Positions 41,201-50,372 are shown, counted from the stretch's first letter. The stretch is 64,000 nt of DNA from an uncultured Bacilli bacterium (GCA_944331865.1 CALVIZ010000002.1:12227-76226); one strand, 5' to 3'. Translations and numbers: made by a program. The notes: generated from the letters alone by a model not told the origin.

Positions 41201-42718
41201 TCAAAGCTGATTTTTATTCCGTATTAATTTATAATCAGCATCAATTAGACCAATTTCATCATTAGTAATTCTTGATTTTATTATTCCTATTTTTTCCATA
41301 TCTATGTCATCCGTTATCTCAACATCTGTTAAAACACAAAGATACAAACAATCATAATAAACCGTTCGAAGATTTATTTTAGCTCCTTTGCTTCCTGTAA
41401 AATCTAATTCGTTTAAATATATTCCATCAAATGAACCTATAAATTCTACTCCTGATAATTTACATTTTTCAAAACTATAAAGTGTTTGAGGATTTATTCT
41501 AGCTCCTTTGCTTCCTGTAAAATCTGCACCATTTATTTTCACTCCATCAAATGGGCCTATAAATTCTACTCCTGAGAATGTACATTCTTTTAAATCACTG
41601 TAAATTGTTTGAGGATTTATTTTAGCGCCTTTACTTCCTGTAAAATCTGCACCATTTATTTTCACTCTATCAAATGGGCCAATAAATTCTACGCCTGAAA
41701 ATTTGTTCCAACTTAAATCTTTTTCATAAACTGTTTGAGGATTTATTTTAGCTCCTTTGCTTCCTGTAAAATCTGCTCCTATGTAATCTGTATAACCAAA
41801 ATATACTAATTCTACTCCATCAAATGAGCCGATAAATTCTACTCCTGAGAATGTACATCCACTTAAATATTTATTGTAAATTGTTTGGGGATTTATTTTA
41901 GCTCCTTTACTTCCTGTAAAATTTGCACCAACTATTTTTGCGCCATCAAATGGGCCGATAAATTCTACTCCTGATAATATACACCATATAAATTTTTTTT
42001 CAAAAATTGTTTGAGGATTTATTTTAGCTCCTTTGCTTCCTGTAAAATCCGCTCCTTCGCTTCCTAAATCATCAAAATGTACTAAGTCCGCTCCATCAAA
42101 TGGGCCAATAAATTCTACTTCTGAAAATTTACATCCTCTTAAATTTTTTTTAAAAACGGTTTGAGGATTTATTTTAGCTCCTTTGCTTCCTGTAAAATTT
42201 GCTTTTTCTATCATTACTCCATCAAATGGACCTATAAATTCTACTCCTGAAAATTTGTTCCAACTTAAATCTTTTTCATAAACTGTTTGAGGATTTATTT
42301 TGGCTCCTTTGCTTCCTGTAAAATTTGTTCCTTCTATTATCACTCCATCAAATGGGCCGATAAATTCTACTCCTGATAATTTACACCCTCTTAAATTTTT
42401 TTTAAAAACGGTTTGAGGATTTATTTTTATTCCCTTATATCCAGTAAAATTAAATCCTCTTATGTCTACATTATCAAAAGATACATTACTAAAATCAATC
42501 TTTTTCAATAATATCTCAGGTATTGCAAATTCCCTATAAGAGTAGTTCTCATTTTCTTCAATTTCATTGAATAAAATATCTGCATTAGATAATGTTAAAT
42601 ACTTACCATCTTCTAGGCTTTCTAAAACATTTATTAGATTTTGCCTTTCAGCTTCTATTCTATTATAAAATTCTAAACTATTTCTATCTTCATTTAAAGA
42701 TTGACTATTGAAACTCAT
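41201..42718 (-). CDS. 40-aa-repeat family protein, paralog E (505 aa, ~8.5 repeats)
   Basis: N-domain as in paralog B. Eight near-identical repeats (KFSGVEFIGPFDG...ADFTGSKGAKINPQTVY). C-terminal tail IDADYKLIRNKN. Confidence 0.7.
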   Translation of the reverse strand: MSFNSQSLNEDRNSLEFYNRIEAERQNLINVLESLEDGKYLTLSNADILFNEIEENENYSYREFAIPEILLKKIDFSNVSFDNVDIRGFNFTGYKGIKINPQTVFKKNLRGCKLSGVEFIGPFDGVIIEGTNFTGSKGAKINPQTVYEKDLSWNKFSGVEFIGPFDGVMIEKANFTGSKGAKINPQTVFKKNLRGCKFSEVEFIGPFDGADLVHFDDLGSEGADFTGSKGAKINPQTIFEKKFIWCILSGVEFIGPFDGAKIVGANFTGSKGAKINPQTIYNKYLSGCTFSGVEFIGSFDGVELVYFGYTDYIGADFTGSKGAKINPQTVYEKDLSWNKFSGVEFIGPFDRVKINGADFTGSKGAKINPQTIYSDLKECTFSGVEFIGPFDGVKINGADFTGSKGARINPQTLYSFEKCKLSGVEFIGSFDGIYLNELDFTGSKGAKINLRTVYYDCLYLCVLTDVEITDDIDMEKIGIIKSRITNDEIGLIDADYKLIRNKNQL

Positions 42719-42748
42719 TATTATTCCTCCCCATATAAATTAAAATTT

Positions 42749-42777
42749 ATATTATCAAAAAAAATATATGGTGTCAA
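42749..42777 (-). promoter_or_regulatory. Sigma-A promoter of paralog E: TTGACA-N17-TAATAT
   Basis: The minus strand reads ttgacaccatatattttttttgataatat. Confidence 0.5.
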
Positions 42778-42799
42778 GTAAAATTAACTTAAGAAATTT

Positions 42800-42935
42800 T
42801 TTATTATTGATTAAAAAAATACCTAACATTATTTGAAATTTTCTGTTTCACAACAAACAAAAAATGAGCAATCTTAGTATTTACCTAACTTTGCTCATTT
42901 TTGCTGTCAAACTCAAGTTATAATATAAAAATACA
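42800..42935. repeat. ~140-bp direct repeat R1, copy 2
   Basis: About 90% identical to 38165-38310. Contiguous with R2 copy 2. Confidence 0.7.
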
Positions 42936-42988
42936 AAAAACAACATATTTTTTTAAAAATTATATTAAAATGTGTAAAATTGTGTTAT
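42918..42988. repeat. 71-bp direct repeat R2, copy 2
   Basis: Near-identical to 36281-36351 with 1-2 mismatches. Lies immediately upstream of the sortase-like gene. Confidence 0.8.
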
Positions 42989-43014
42989 CATATTAAAGTA
43001 ATATAGGTGAAGTT

Positions 43015-44589
43015 ATGAAAAAAGTATTAATAAGAATAAAGGATAATAGTTTTATTGTAAAAGAAAAAATTAAATTGTCTAGTGAATATAAAAATATTTT
43101 AAATACTAATGTAATTAGTTGTAATGAACTAGTTTTTTCTAATGAATATATTGTAAATAACCCCAAAATTGTTAGTAATTTTATTCAAGAATTATCTAAA
43201 ACTTACAATATTGATACTTTAATAATTGAAAAAAATGACTTTACTTTGTTATTCTTGAATATTGTAAAAAATAATAAAAACATAACTTCTTTAATTTTAA
43301 AAGATGATACACCTTTAACTTTTAAAATGTGTGAAGCTATTATGCACTCTTATGTTAAGAATGTCAATTGTTATACTTTACAACCATTTATGATAGAATA
43401 CCTTGATAAATATAATATTATTGTTGAATCTAGAAATGAAATACTATATTTATCTAAATTTATGATTGATAATAATTTAAGTATTTTTTCATCTATGTTT
43501 TATAAAATGACTCTAAATATGGATTTACCCTTGAATGAACAAGATGAACAAGATTTTGAAGCTTTTTGTAAAATTAATAAATATTTAAAAAATATTAATG
43601 TTAATATTGTTAATAAAAATGATTTAGAATTTATTATTAAAACTTTAAGACAAAATAATAAAAAGAATATTAAAATTAATATTCATGAAAATATAAGTAA
43701 TGTAGAATTAATTGAATATTTAAAGAATTTTAATAAGAGGAAAAGTAAAAAATATAAAATATATTTTCGCTTAGTATATAGTAATGATTATTTAAAAGAT
43801 AATATTTTTAAACAAACTAATTTAAGTTTACTTAAAACATGTGGTTATTTAATTTTGTTAATTGTATTTTTTTCTTTTGGTTATGTCTTTTATGATAATT
43901 ATAAATCTATGCAAAGTGATAATAACATAAAAGAAAATATAACAAAAGTTATTGAAATAAATGATTCTGAAGATATTATTGCGGAACTTAATAAAGATAA
44001 GCAGGAAGATGAAAAATTAGTTGTTAATGAAGATATTGCTAGTTTAATAAATGTAAATCCAGAAGTAGTGGCATGGATTAAAGTTAATAATACTAATATT
44101 GATTATCCAATAACCCAAACAGATAATAATGAATTTTATTTAAAACATAATTTCTATTTAGAAAAGGATAATAATGGTTGGGTTTTTATGGATTATCGAA
44201 ATCATACTGATGATTTAAGTGATAATATCATTCTTTATGCTCATAATAGATATTATAGTGGTATTATGTTTGGTACATTACAAAATACTTTAAGATATAG
44301 TTGGTATACTAATCCCGAAAATCAAATTATTAGTTTAAGAACTCTATATGAAAATTTAGAATATCAAGTATTTTCCGTTTATAAAATTACAGTTACTACC
44401 GATTATATGCAAACTTTATTTGCAGATGATAATGATCGATTAAACTTTTATAATATGTTAAAAAATAGAAGTATTTATAATTTTAATGTTGAACTTAAAG
44501 GTAGTGATAAAATAATAACTTTATCAACTTGTGCTGAAGATAATAGTAGATATGTATTACATGCTGTTTTAAAAAACGATGATAAATAG
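43015..44589 (+). CDS. Class B sortase-like transpeptidase domain fused to a ~280-aa N-terminal cytoplasmic extension and one TM helix
   Basis: The C-terminal ~190 aa carry SrtB-family hallmarks: the catalytic His context IILYAHNR, the Cys motif TLSTC, a downstream Arg, and the VAWIKVNNTNIDYPITQTDNNEFYLKHNF segment typical of SrtB. A TM helix LLKTCGYLILLIVFFSFGYVFY is preceded by a K/R-rich stretch, giving N-in topology. RBS taggtgaagtt, then ATG. Confidence 0.7.
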   Translation: MKKVLIRIKDNSFIVKEKIKLSSEYKNILNTNVISCNELVFSNEYIVNNPKIVSNFIQELSKTYNIDTLIIEKNDFTLLFLNIVKNNKNITSLILKDDTPLTFKMCEAIMHSYVKNVNCYTLQPFMIEYLDKYNIIVESRNEILYLSKFMIDNNLSIFSSMFYKMTLNMDLPLNEQDEQDFEAFCKINKYLKNINVNIVNKNDLEFIIKTLRQNNKKNIKINIHENISNVELIEYLKNFNKRKSKKYKIYFRLVYSNDYLKDNIFKQTNLSLLKTCGYLILLIVFFSFGYVFYDNYKSMQSDNNIKENITKVIEINDSEDIIAELNKDKQEDEKLVVNEDIASLINVNPEVVAWIKVNNTNIDYPITQTDNNEFYLKHNFYLEKDNNGWVFMDYRNHTDDLSDNIILYAHNRYYSGIMFGTLQNTLRYSWYTNPENQIISLRTLYENLEYQVFSVYKITVTTDYMQTLFADDNDRLNFYNMLKNRSIYNFNVELKGSDKIITLSTCAEDNSRYVLHAVLKNDDK

Positions 44590-44603
44590 TTCATCGTTTT
44601 TTT
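44573..44603 (+). terminator. Rho-independent terminator of the sortase-like gene
   Basis: aaaaacgatga-taaatag-ttcatcgtttttttttt: 8-9 bp stem plus a T-run. Overlaps the stop codon. Confidence 0.7.
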
Positions 44604-44606
44604 TTT

Positions 44607-45805
44607 AATTGTAATTTCAACCGCACCATTTAATATAATTTTAACAAACAATAAAAATTTGTCAATTTTTTTCTTTTTTGTTTGATAATTTTTATAAATA
44701 TATATTATGGTTTTTTTGTCAATGACACGCAGTGTTTATTTTATCATTGACAAAAAAATCATAATATTATTACAATTTTAATCAAACAAAAATAATAATT
44801 AATATTCCATTTCTTTTTCATATGAGTTTTTAAATCCAAACATTTTTCTTGGCATTGAATTAATATTAAATGCTATGTCATCTAGATATATTTGTGGGGT
44901 TATTTTAAATGACATTCCTTTTGGTAAATATCTTCTTACTATTGCATTTGTTCTTTCATTTGTTCCTCTTTGAAACGAACAATATGGATCACATTTATAT
45001 AGTTTTACTCCTAGTCTTTTTGCTGCTATTCCCATTGCTCTAAATTCTAATCCATTATCTATTGTTATTGATTTTACTTTTATTTCATTTTTTATTATAT
45101 ATTTATATATTAGGTTTGCTGTATAATAATCATATCTATATTCTGACTTTATTAACCATACTCTCCTTGTACATCTATCAACTATTGATACTATTGATTG
45201 TTGTTCATCCTTTTTTCCTAGTATTGAATCTATTTCCAAATGCCCTGGCTCTCTTCTTTCTTCTATATATTTTGGTCTTAATCCTATTGGTAATATTGTT
45301 TTATTTTCTAGATTCCATATGAAATGTTCCATCATTCCACTTCTCTTTTTCTTTTTGTGCTTTTTATAACATAAATCTGTTCTTTTTAAATATATTTTTC
45401 CTTGTTCTATCCAATTATATACTTGTTTTACACTTACACTTTTTTCTCCTAAATACATTTTCTTAAATCGATATACACATACTTCTATTGAATGATCTTT
45501 TCTATCATAATGATCAAATAAATATTTTATAAATATTTCATATTTCTTATTTATATCTATTTTCCTTTTTTTATATATTCCCGCTTTATATCTTGATATT
45601 GTTGAATGACTTATACCTAATCTTCTTCCTACTTCTCTCATTGATAAATTTTGTTTTAACAAAATATCAATTTCTACTTTATTTTTTTCTGTTAATTGTT
45701 TATAATGCATATAAGAGCTCCTCCTTGCCGGGTTGTGGGCTCTTTTATTATACCAAAAAAAGCCGCACCTTGTGGTGCGGTTCAAATTTCAATTTAGGAA
45801 AAACG
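44607..45805 (-). mobile_element. IS30-family insertion sequence (~1.2 kb) with terminal inverted repeats and a ~32-bp flanking duplication
   Basis: IRL aattgtaatttcaaccgcacca at 44607-44628. IRR (reverse complement) aattgaaatttgaaccgcacca at 45784-45805, a 20/22 match. Flanking direct repeat aaaaacgatgataaatagttcatcgttttttt at ~44573-44604 and ~45810-45841. Confidence 0.75.
44799..45710 (-). CDS. IS30-family transposase (DDE)
   Basis: N-terminal HTH (LSMREVGRRLGISHSTISRY). DDE residues with the IS30 signature ...QRGTNERTNAIVRRYLPKG. The start was trimmed to the ATG at 45708-45710 (MHYKQL), which is preceded by AGGAGGAG. Confidence 0.85.
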   Translation of the reverse strand: MHYKQLTEKNKVEIDILLKQNLSMREVGRRLGISHSTISRYKAGIYKKRKIDINKKYEIFIKYLFDHYDRKDHSIEVCVYRFKKMYLGEKSVSVKQVYNWIEQGKIYLKRTDLCYKKHKKKKRSGMMEHFIWNLENKTILPIGLRPKYIEERREPGHLEIDSILGKKDEQQSIVSIVDRCTRRVWLIKSEYRYDYYTANLIYKYIIKNEIKVKSITIDNGLEFRAMGIAAKRLGVKLYKCDPYCSFQRGTNERTNAIVRRYLPKGMSFKITPQIYLDDIAFNINSMPRKMFGFKNSYEKEMEY

Positions 45806-45828
45806 ATGATAAATAGTTCATCGTTTTT

Positions 45829-46788
45829 TTATAAAAAAGGATTTATTCTTTGTAATTCTTCATTACTATTATACATATTCATTTCTTCAAATATTCCTTT
45901 AGTTAAATCAGCATTTTCATTATAAAAATCAATAAGTAATTGAGCCCCTAATTCTTTATCACATAGTATCTCTTCTATTAAGTTATCTATATCTTCACCT
46001 TGATCTATTAAATCTATTAATATTTCTGTGCTTTCTTTTTCTTTATCTTCACTTTCTTCATTAAAATCATTTTCAGAATAATAATCAGATTTATATAATA
46101 CATTTTTATAAATATTAAATAACATATATTGTATTAAAAAACGAATGTCTAAATTAAATTCTATTACCAGTTCTAAAAATTTTTCCCAAATAAATACATC
46201 CTCATTTTTGCCATATATATACCTACTTTGAGCTTGAGCCAGTTCATTTAGTTCTATTATTTTACTAATTATCCGTTCTTCATCCGATAAATCTTTAGCA
46301 TTATCTTCCATTGTAAATATTGAAAAAGGATTTATTTTTAATAATTTACTTATTTCTTTATTAGCAATTAAATATTCCCTTGCTTTGTAACTTACTAAAT
46401 AATTACCCTCATTAACCATTTCAACATAATATAAAATAATCATTTTATCAATTGGTTTTTTTATTTTTTCTTTTAAAGATAAAGATTCTATGTTTTCTTT
46501 AACTGAATCGCTATATGGCATTGGTATATTTATTGCTTTAAAATAATTAATAAACAAATAAGCCATTTCATATACATATAATTTTAATATAACGATAATG
46601 TTTTCTTTTGTTAAGTTGTATTTATCTATGTATTGGGCAAAATCATTTTCAAAATTAGTAGACTTGCCTTGTAAATAATTTGTTATTTCATCTACTATAG
46701 TTTCACTATTATATAAAACATTAGTATTAGCATTAAATTTTTGAATAATTTCTATAATAATATTTTCTTTTAGCTCAATTTCCCCCAT
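45829..46788 (-). CDS. Hypothetical cytoplasmic protein (319 aa, acidic)
   Basis: ORF between the two IS30 copies. No motif. Confidence 0.45.
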   Translation of the reverse strand: MGEIELKENIIIEIIQKFNANTNVLYNSETIVDEITNYLQGKSTNFENDFAQYIDKYNLTKENIIVILKLYVYEMAYLFINYFKAINIPMPYSDSVKENIESLSLKEKIKKPIDKMIILYYVEMVNEGNYLVSYKAREYLIANKEISKLLKINPFSIFTMEDNAKDLSDEERIISKIIELNELAQAQSRYIYGKNEDVFIWEKFLELVIEFNLDIRFLIQYMLFNIYKNVLYKSDYYSENDFNEESEDKEKESTEILIDLIDQGEDIDNLIEEILCDKELGAQLLIDFYNENADLTKGIFEEMNMYNSNEELQRINPFL

Positions 46789-46795
46789 AAAAACC

Positions 46796-47590
46796 TCAAT
46801 TTACTACAGTTGAACTATAATAATAAAAACTGTCAGTTTCTTTATCATATTTAAAACTATGTTCATATGTTACTAGATTATTTATATAATCGTTTATATT
46901 AAAATTAGAACTATAAACTATTGCAGTATTTAAATCTTTTCTATCTTCATCATTATAACATTGCTTCGTTTCTAAATCACACTTTAAATAATAATCATAT
47001 ATTTTTATTACGTTATTATTTTCCGTTAATGCATATCTGATTATTTCTTTATATTCAATATAATTGTTACTTATATTTTCATTTGTGTCATATATATAGT
47101 AATATTCATTGTTATATTTTGCTTTAATGTTTTTATTATAATCAAAATCTGTTGATATAAATTTTATATCTGGACCTAATATAGTTTTGGCAGCTTCTTT
47201 AAATTTACTTAAACTGACTTTATATAATGGAGTATAATTATTAGTATTATTTAATACTTCAGATAATTCTTCTTTAGTTAGTACTTCTAAACTAAAATTA
47301 TCATATTTTAGTATGTATTGATAAATCATTGCTTGGATATATCTTGTATTTTGATTAGCTAAATTTGTATTAATTACATAATGAATTGAATGCACTCCAT
47401 CATATTCTAAAGCATTATCATTTAATAAATATGAATAAAGTTCTTTTACTGTACTTTCACCTATTTCATCAATGTTTGTATTTGTTTCTTTATTATTTTT
47501 TTCAAAATTAAATAATTTATAAAAACCAAAGCATGATCCAAGTACTAATAAAACAACACCGATTATTATTGCTATTTTTTTTGCATTCAT
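46796..47590 (-). CDS. Hypothetical membrane-anchored or secreted protein (264 aa)
   Basis: N-terminal signal-anchor MNAKKIAIIIGVVLLVLGSCFGFY. Confidence 0.45.
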   Translation of the reverse strand: MNAKKIAIIIGVVLLVLGSCFGFYKLFNFEKNNKETNTNIDEIGESTVKELYSYLLNDNALEYDGVHSIHYVINTNLANQNTRYIQAMIYQYILKYDNFSLEVLTKEELSEVLNNTNNYTPLYKVSLSKFKEAAKTILGPDIKFISTDFDYNKNIKAKYNNEYYYIYDTNENISNNYIEYKEIIRYALTENNNVIKIYDYYLKCDLETKQCYNDEDRKDLNTAIVYSSNFNINDYINNLVTYEHSFKYDKETDSFYYYSSTVVN

Positions 47591-47663
47591 TATTCATTCA
47601 CCTTAATAAAATTTTAGCATTTTTTTTTATTCTTGACAATAAAAAATCAAGATTTCTCTTGAT

Positions 47664-48980
47664 TTAATCAACTATATTTATACATGTATAATTCTTTTGA
47701 TCATAGTAATTTTTTAGTCCACTATATGTTCTATCAAATACTCCACCTGCTTCTGTATCTAATGTACTGGCACTTAAATCAGTGGCAATTTTTAATGTAT
47801 AATTTTCATCATCATATTCTGCTAGACCACTTATATTATTAAATGTTATTGTTTCTGGCTTACCATTAGTTATTTGAATATAATCATCATTATTACTAAA
47901 TTTATATGTATATATTCTTTGTGATATTTCTAAATATCCTAAACCATTTTCTGTTGCCCCTAAAACTAAATTATCTGTAGTTGTCATTGATCCAGAATAT
48001 CCTTCAATTTCACTATCTAATGATGTGCATGATCTAATTGCTGTGATGTCACTTGGAGATACATATAATATTGCGTTTACTTCTTTGCTATTATTTTCAT
48101 CATCTGAAAGTGTTATACCTACATTATATGGACCACCCGCTGTTGATAAATAACTATTTACAGTCTCTTTATTACTAAATGCATATTTACAATTTGATGG
48201 ATCTGTACATGATACTATAAAGTCATCAACTGAAATTGTAGTTGTATTTATTACTTTATATACCGTTTTTAATTGCGCTGTTGGTGCTGTTTTGTCTACT
48301 ACGTGTATTGTTCCTGTATAAGTATCTTCACCACAAGTTATAGTAAAATTATAATCTCCTAAAGCATTAGTATTTACATTATTAATATTTTTTTCACAAG
48401 TTGCTGCTCCCCCACCAGTAATTGTTGCATAATCACTTATATCATCAGATAATGTTTCCCCTAATCCTAAGGTTACATCTTTTATTTGAACATTTACTTT
48501 ATTATTCGCCATATTTAAATAATAATATACCCCAAATGCTACAGCTCCGATTAGTATTACTATTATTATTGTAAATAATACTTTATTCATTGGCCTTTTT
48601 GGTTTTTCTTGTTTTGGTGGTACTGCCCCTATATCTTCAACTTTTGTTGGTTCAACAAAACCATTATTATTTATATTGCCTAATGATATTCCTCCTGGGT
48701 CTTGACCTATAGAACTTCCCATATTATTTGGCATATTATTGTTTTCAGTTCCAGGAATTGGTGTTGCTACTGGATTGTTTTGTGGATTATTTGGCATGCT
48801 TATAGTATCTGAAACAGTATTTGTTACTGGTGTGCTGTTTAAATTAGTATTAACTGAATTAGTTACTGGTTCACCAACTGGTTGAGTTTGAATTGTTGGC
48901 TCTGGATTTTGACTTACTGGTTGTTCATTTAAATTATTACTTTGATTTTGTCCTAAATTATTAAAATTTTGCTCATTCAT
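47664..48980 (-). CDS. Hypothetical bitopic protein (438 aa). Q/N/P-rich N-terminus, one TM, extracellular C-terminal domain.
   Basis: Low-complexity N-terminus (NLGQNQSNNLNEQPVSQNPEP...). TM helix VLFTIIIVILIGAVAFGVYYYL. Confidence 0.45.
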   Translation of the reverse strand: MNEQNFNNLGQNQSNNLNEQPVSQNPEPTIQTQPVGEPVTNSVNTNLNSTPVTNTVSDTISMPNNPQNNPVATPIPGTENNNMPNNMGSSIGQDPGGISLGNINNNGFVEPTKVEDIGAVPPKQEKPKRPMNKVLFTIIIVILIGAVAFGVYYYLNMANNKVNVQIKDVTLGLGETLSDDISDYATITGGGAATCEKNINNVNTNALGDYNFTITCGEDTYTGTIHVVDKTAPTAQLKTVYKVINTTTISVDDFIVSCTDPSNCKYAFSNKETVNSYLSTAGGPYNVGITLSDDENNSKEVNAILYVSPSDITAIRSCTSLDSEIEGYSGSMTTTDNLVLGATENGLGYLEISQRIYTYKFSNNDDYIQITNGKPETITFNNISGLAEYDDENYTLKIATDLSASTLDTEAGGVFDRTYSGLKNYYDQKNYTCINIVD

Positions 48981-49178
48981 TTTATCAGCCCCTTATTTAT
49001 CATAATATAATTATACTGTTTTATTTTTAATTTTTTAATTATTTATATTAATTTTTTAATTGAAAAATTAAATTAGACACAAAAATTAATAGTGTTTCAT
49101 TTACTTTTGCAATCATCACATACCAATATGTATTATAATATGTATTGATATATTGCCCCAATAAAGGAGGTTTAATTT

Positions 49179-50372
49179 ATGGCAACTGTATCAAATTATA
49201 ATAAACATACAAAACTATCAGAAAGAATTAAAATTGAAAATGGTCTTAATAATGGGTTATCTTTCAGAAGTATAAGTAAAGATATTAATAAAAGTGTTAC
49301 TACAATATCTCGTGAAGTCTTTAATCGTAGATATAAAGAAAAAGGTAATTACTTTAATGGCTTTCCTGGTAAATGTTCTAAATTAGATAAGGCTCCATTT
49401 GTTTGTAATTCTTGTCCTAATTCAAAAAAATGTAGAATGACAAAGTTTTATTATAGTGCTGCTCACGCTGAAGAAGATTATAAGAAATTATTAGTTGAGT
49501 CTAGAACTGGAATTGATCAAACTACTGAAGAATTTAAAAATCTTAATAAAATTGTAAAAACAGATATTGATAAAGGGCATTCTTTTTCTCTAATTATAAA
49601 TAATCATCCAGAACTAAATATAACTGAAAGAACACTTTATAATTATCAAGAAAAAGGTTACTTATCTACTAAAAATATAGATTTACCAAGAAAAGTTAGA
49701 TATAAAAAAAGAAAAAGAAATTGTATAACTTCTAGTAAAAAAGAAAACCATTGTAGAATTAATCGTACTTATAATGATTTTCTTATATATATAAAAGAAA
49801 ACAATATCACTTATTATACACAAATGGATACTGTTGAAGGCATAATTGGAACTGGGCAGCCATGTTTATTAACTTTGTATTTAAAACATGCCCAACTCCT
49901 ACTTATATTTAAAATTTCAGAACAAACCATTACCTGTGTTAACAACAAAATTAAAGAAATAAAATCACTTATAGGTAATGAAATGTTTCATGAAATTTTC
50001 CCTATTATTTTAACAGACAATGGCTCTGAATTCAAGCGACCAGAAGAAATAGAGGATAATGGTATCCATGTAATTAATTCTAAAGTTTTTTATTGTGACC
50101 CTCAAAGAAGTAATCAAAAATCTCAAATTGAATTATCACATGAATATATAAGAAAATATATACCAAAAGGTATTTCATTAAATAACTATACAGATAATAA
50201 TATATTAGATATGATGAATAACATTAACTCAACTCCAAGAAAATCACTTGATTTTAAATCACCTTATGACATAGCTAAAAATATGTTTGGTGAAGAGGTA
50301 TTAAACAAATTGGGAATCGTTAAAATTGATAGCAAAAACGTAATATTAAATGATAGTCTATTTAATAAATAA
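49179..50372 (+). CDS. IS30-family transposase, second distinct copy
   Basis: N-terminal HTH (LSFRSISKDINKSVTTISREV). C-terminal IS30 signature ...QRSNQKSQIELSHEYIRKYIPKG. RBS AAAGGAGG. IS ends not determined. Confidence 0.8.
   Translation: MATVSNYNKHTKLSERIKIENGLNNGLSFRSISKDINKSVTTISREVFNRRYKEKGNYFNGFPGKCSKLDKAPFVCNSCPNSKKCRMTKFYYSAAHAEEDYKKLLVESRTGIDQTTEEFKNLNKIVKTDIDKGHSFSLIINNHPELNITERTLYNYQEKGYLSTKNIDLPRKVRYKKRKRNCITSSKKENHCRINRTYNDFLIYIKENNITYYTQMDTVEGIIGTGQPCLLTLYLKHAQLLLIFKISEQTITCVNNKIKEIKSLIGNEMFHEIFPIILTDNGSEFKRPEEIEDNGIHVINSKVFYCDPQRSNQKSQIELSHEYIRKYIPKGISLNNYTDNNILDMMNNINSTPRKSLDFKSPYDIAKNMFGEEVLNKLGIVKIDSKNVILNDSLFNK

Noticed and set aside
36418-42718. Possible CRISPR array or pentapeptide-repeat proteins, suggested by the strong ~120-bp DNA periodicity
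   Set aside because: The periodicity is coding (40-aa protein repeats inside long ORFs), there are no short spacers, and there are no cas genes. Only the A(D/N)FTG segment fits the pentapeptide consensus, so the family assignment was not made.
36418-42718. Classical sortase substrates (signal peptide plus C-terminal NPQTN/LPXTG plus hydrophobic tail) among the repeat proteins
   Set aside because: None of the five proteins has a signal peptide or C-terminal anchor. Their NPQT motifs are internal, so a conventional cell-wall sorting relationship is not supported. This is retained only as a speculative processing hypothesis.
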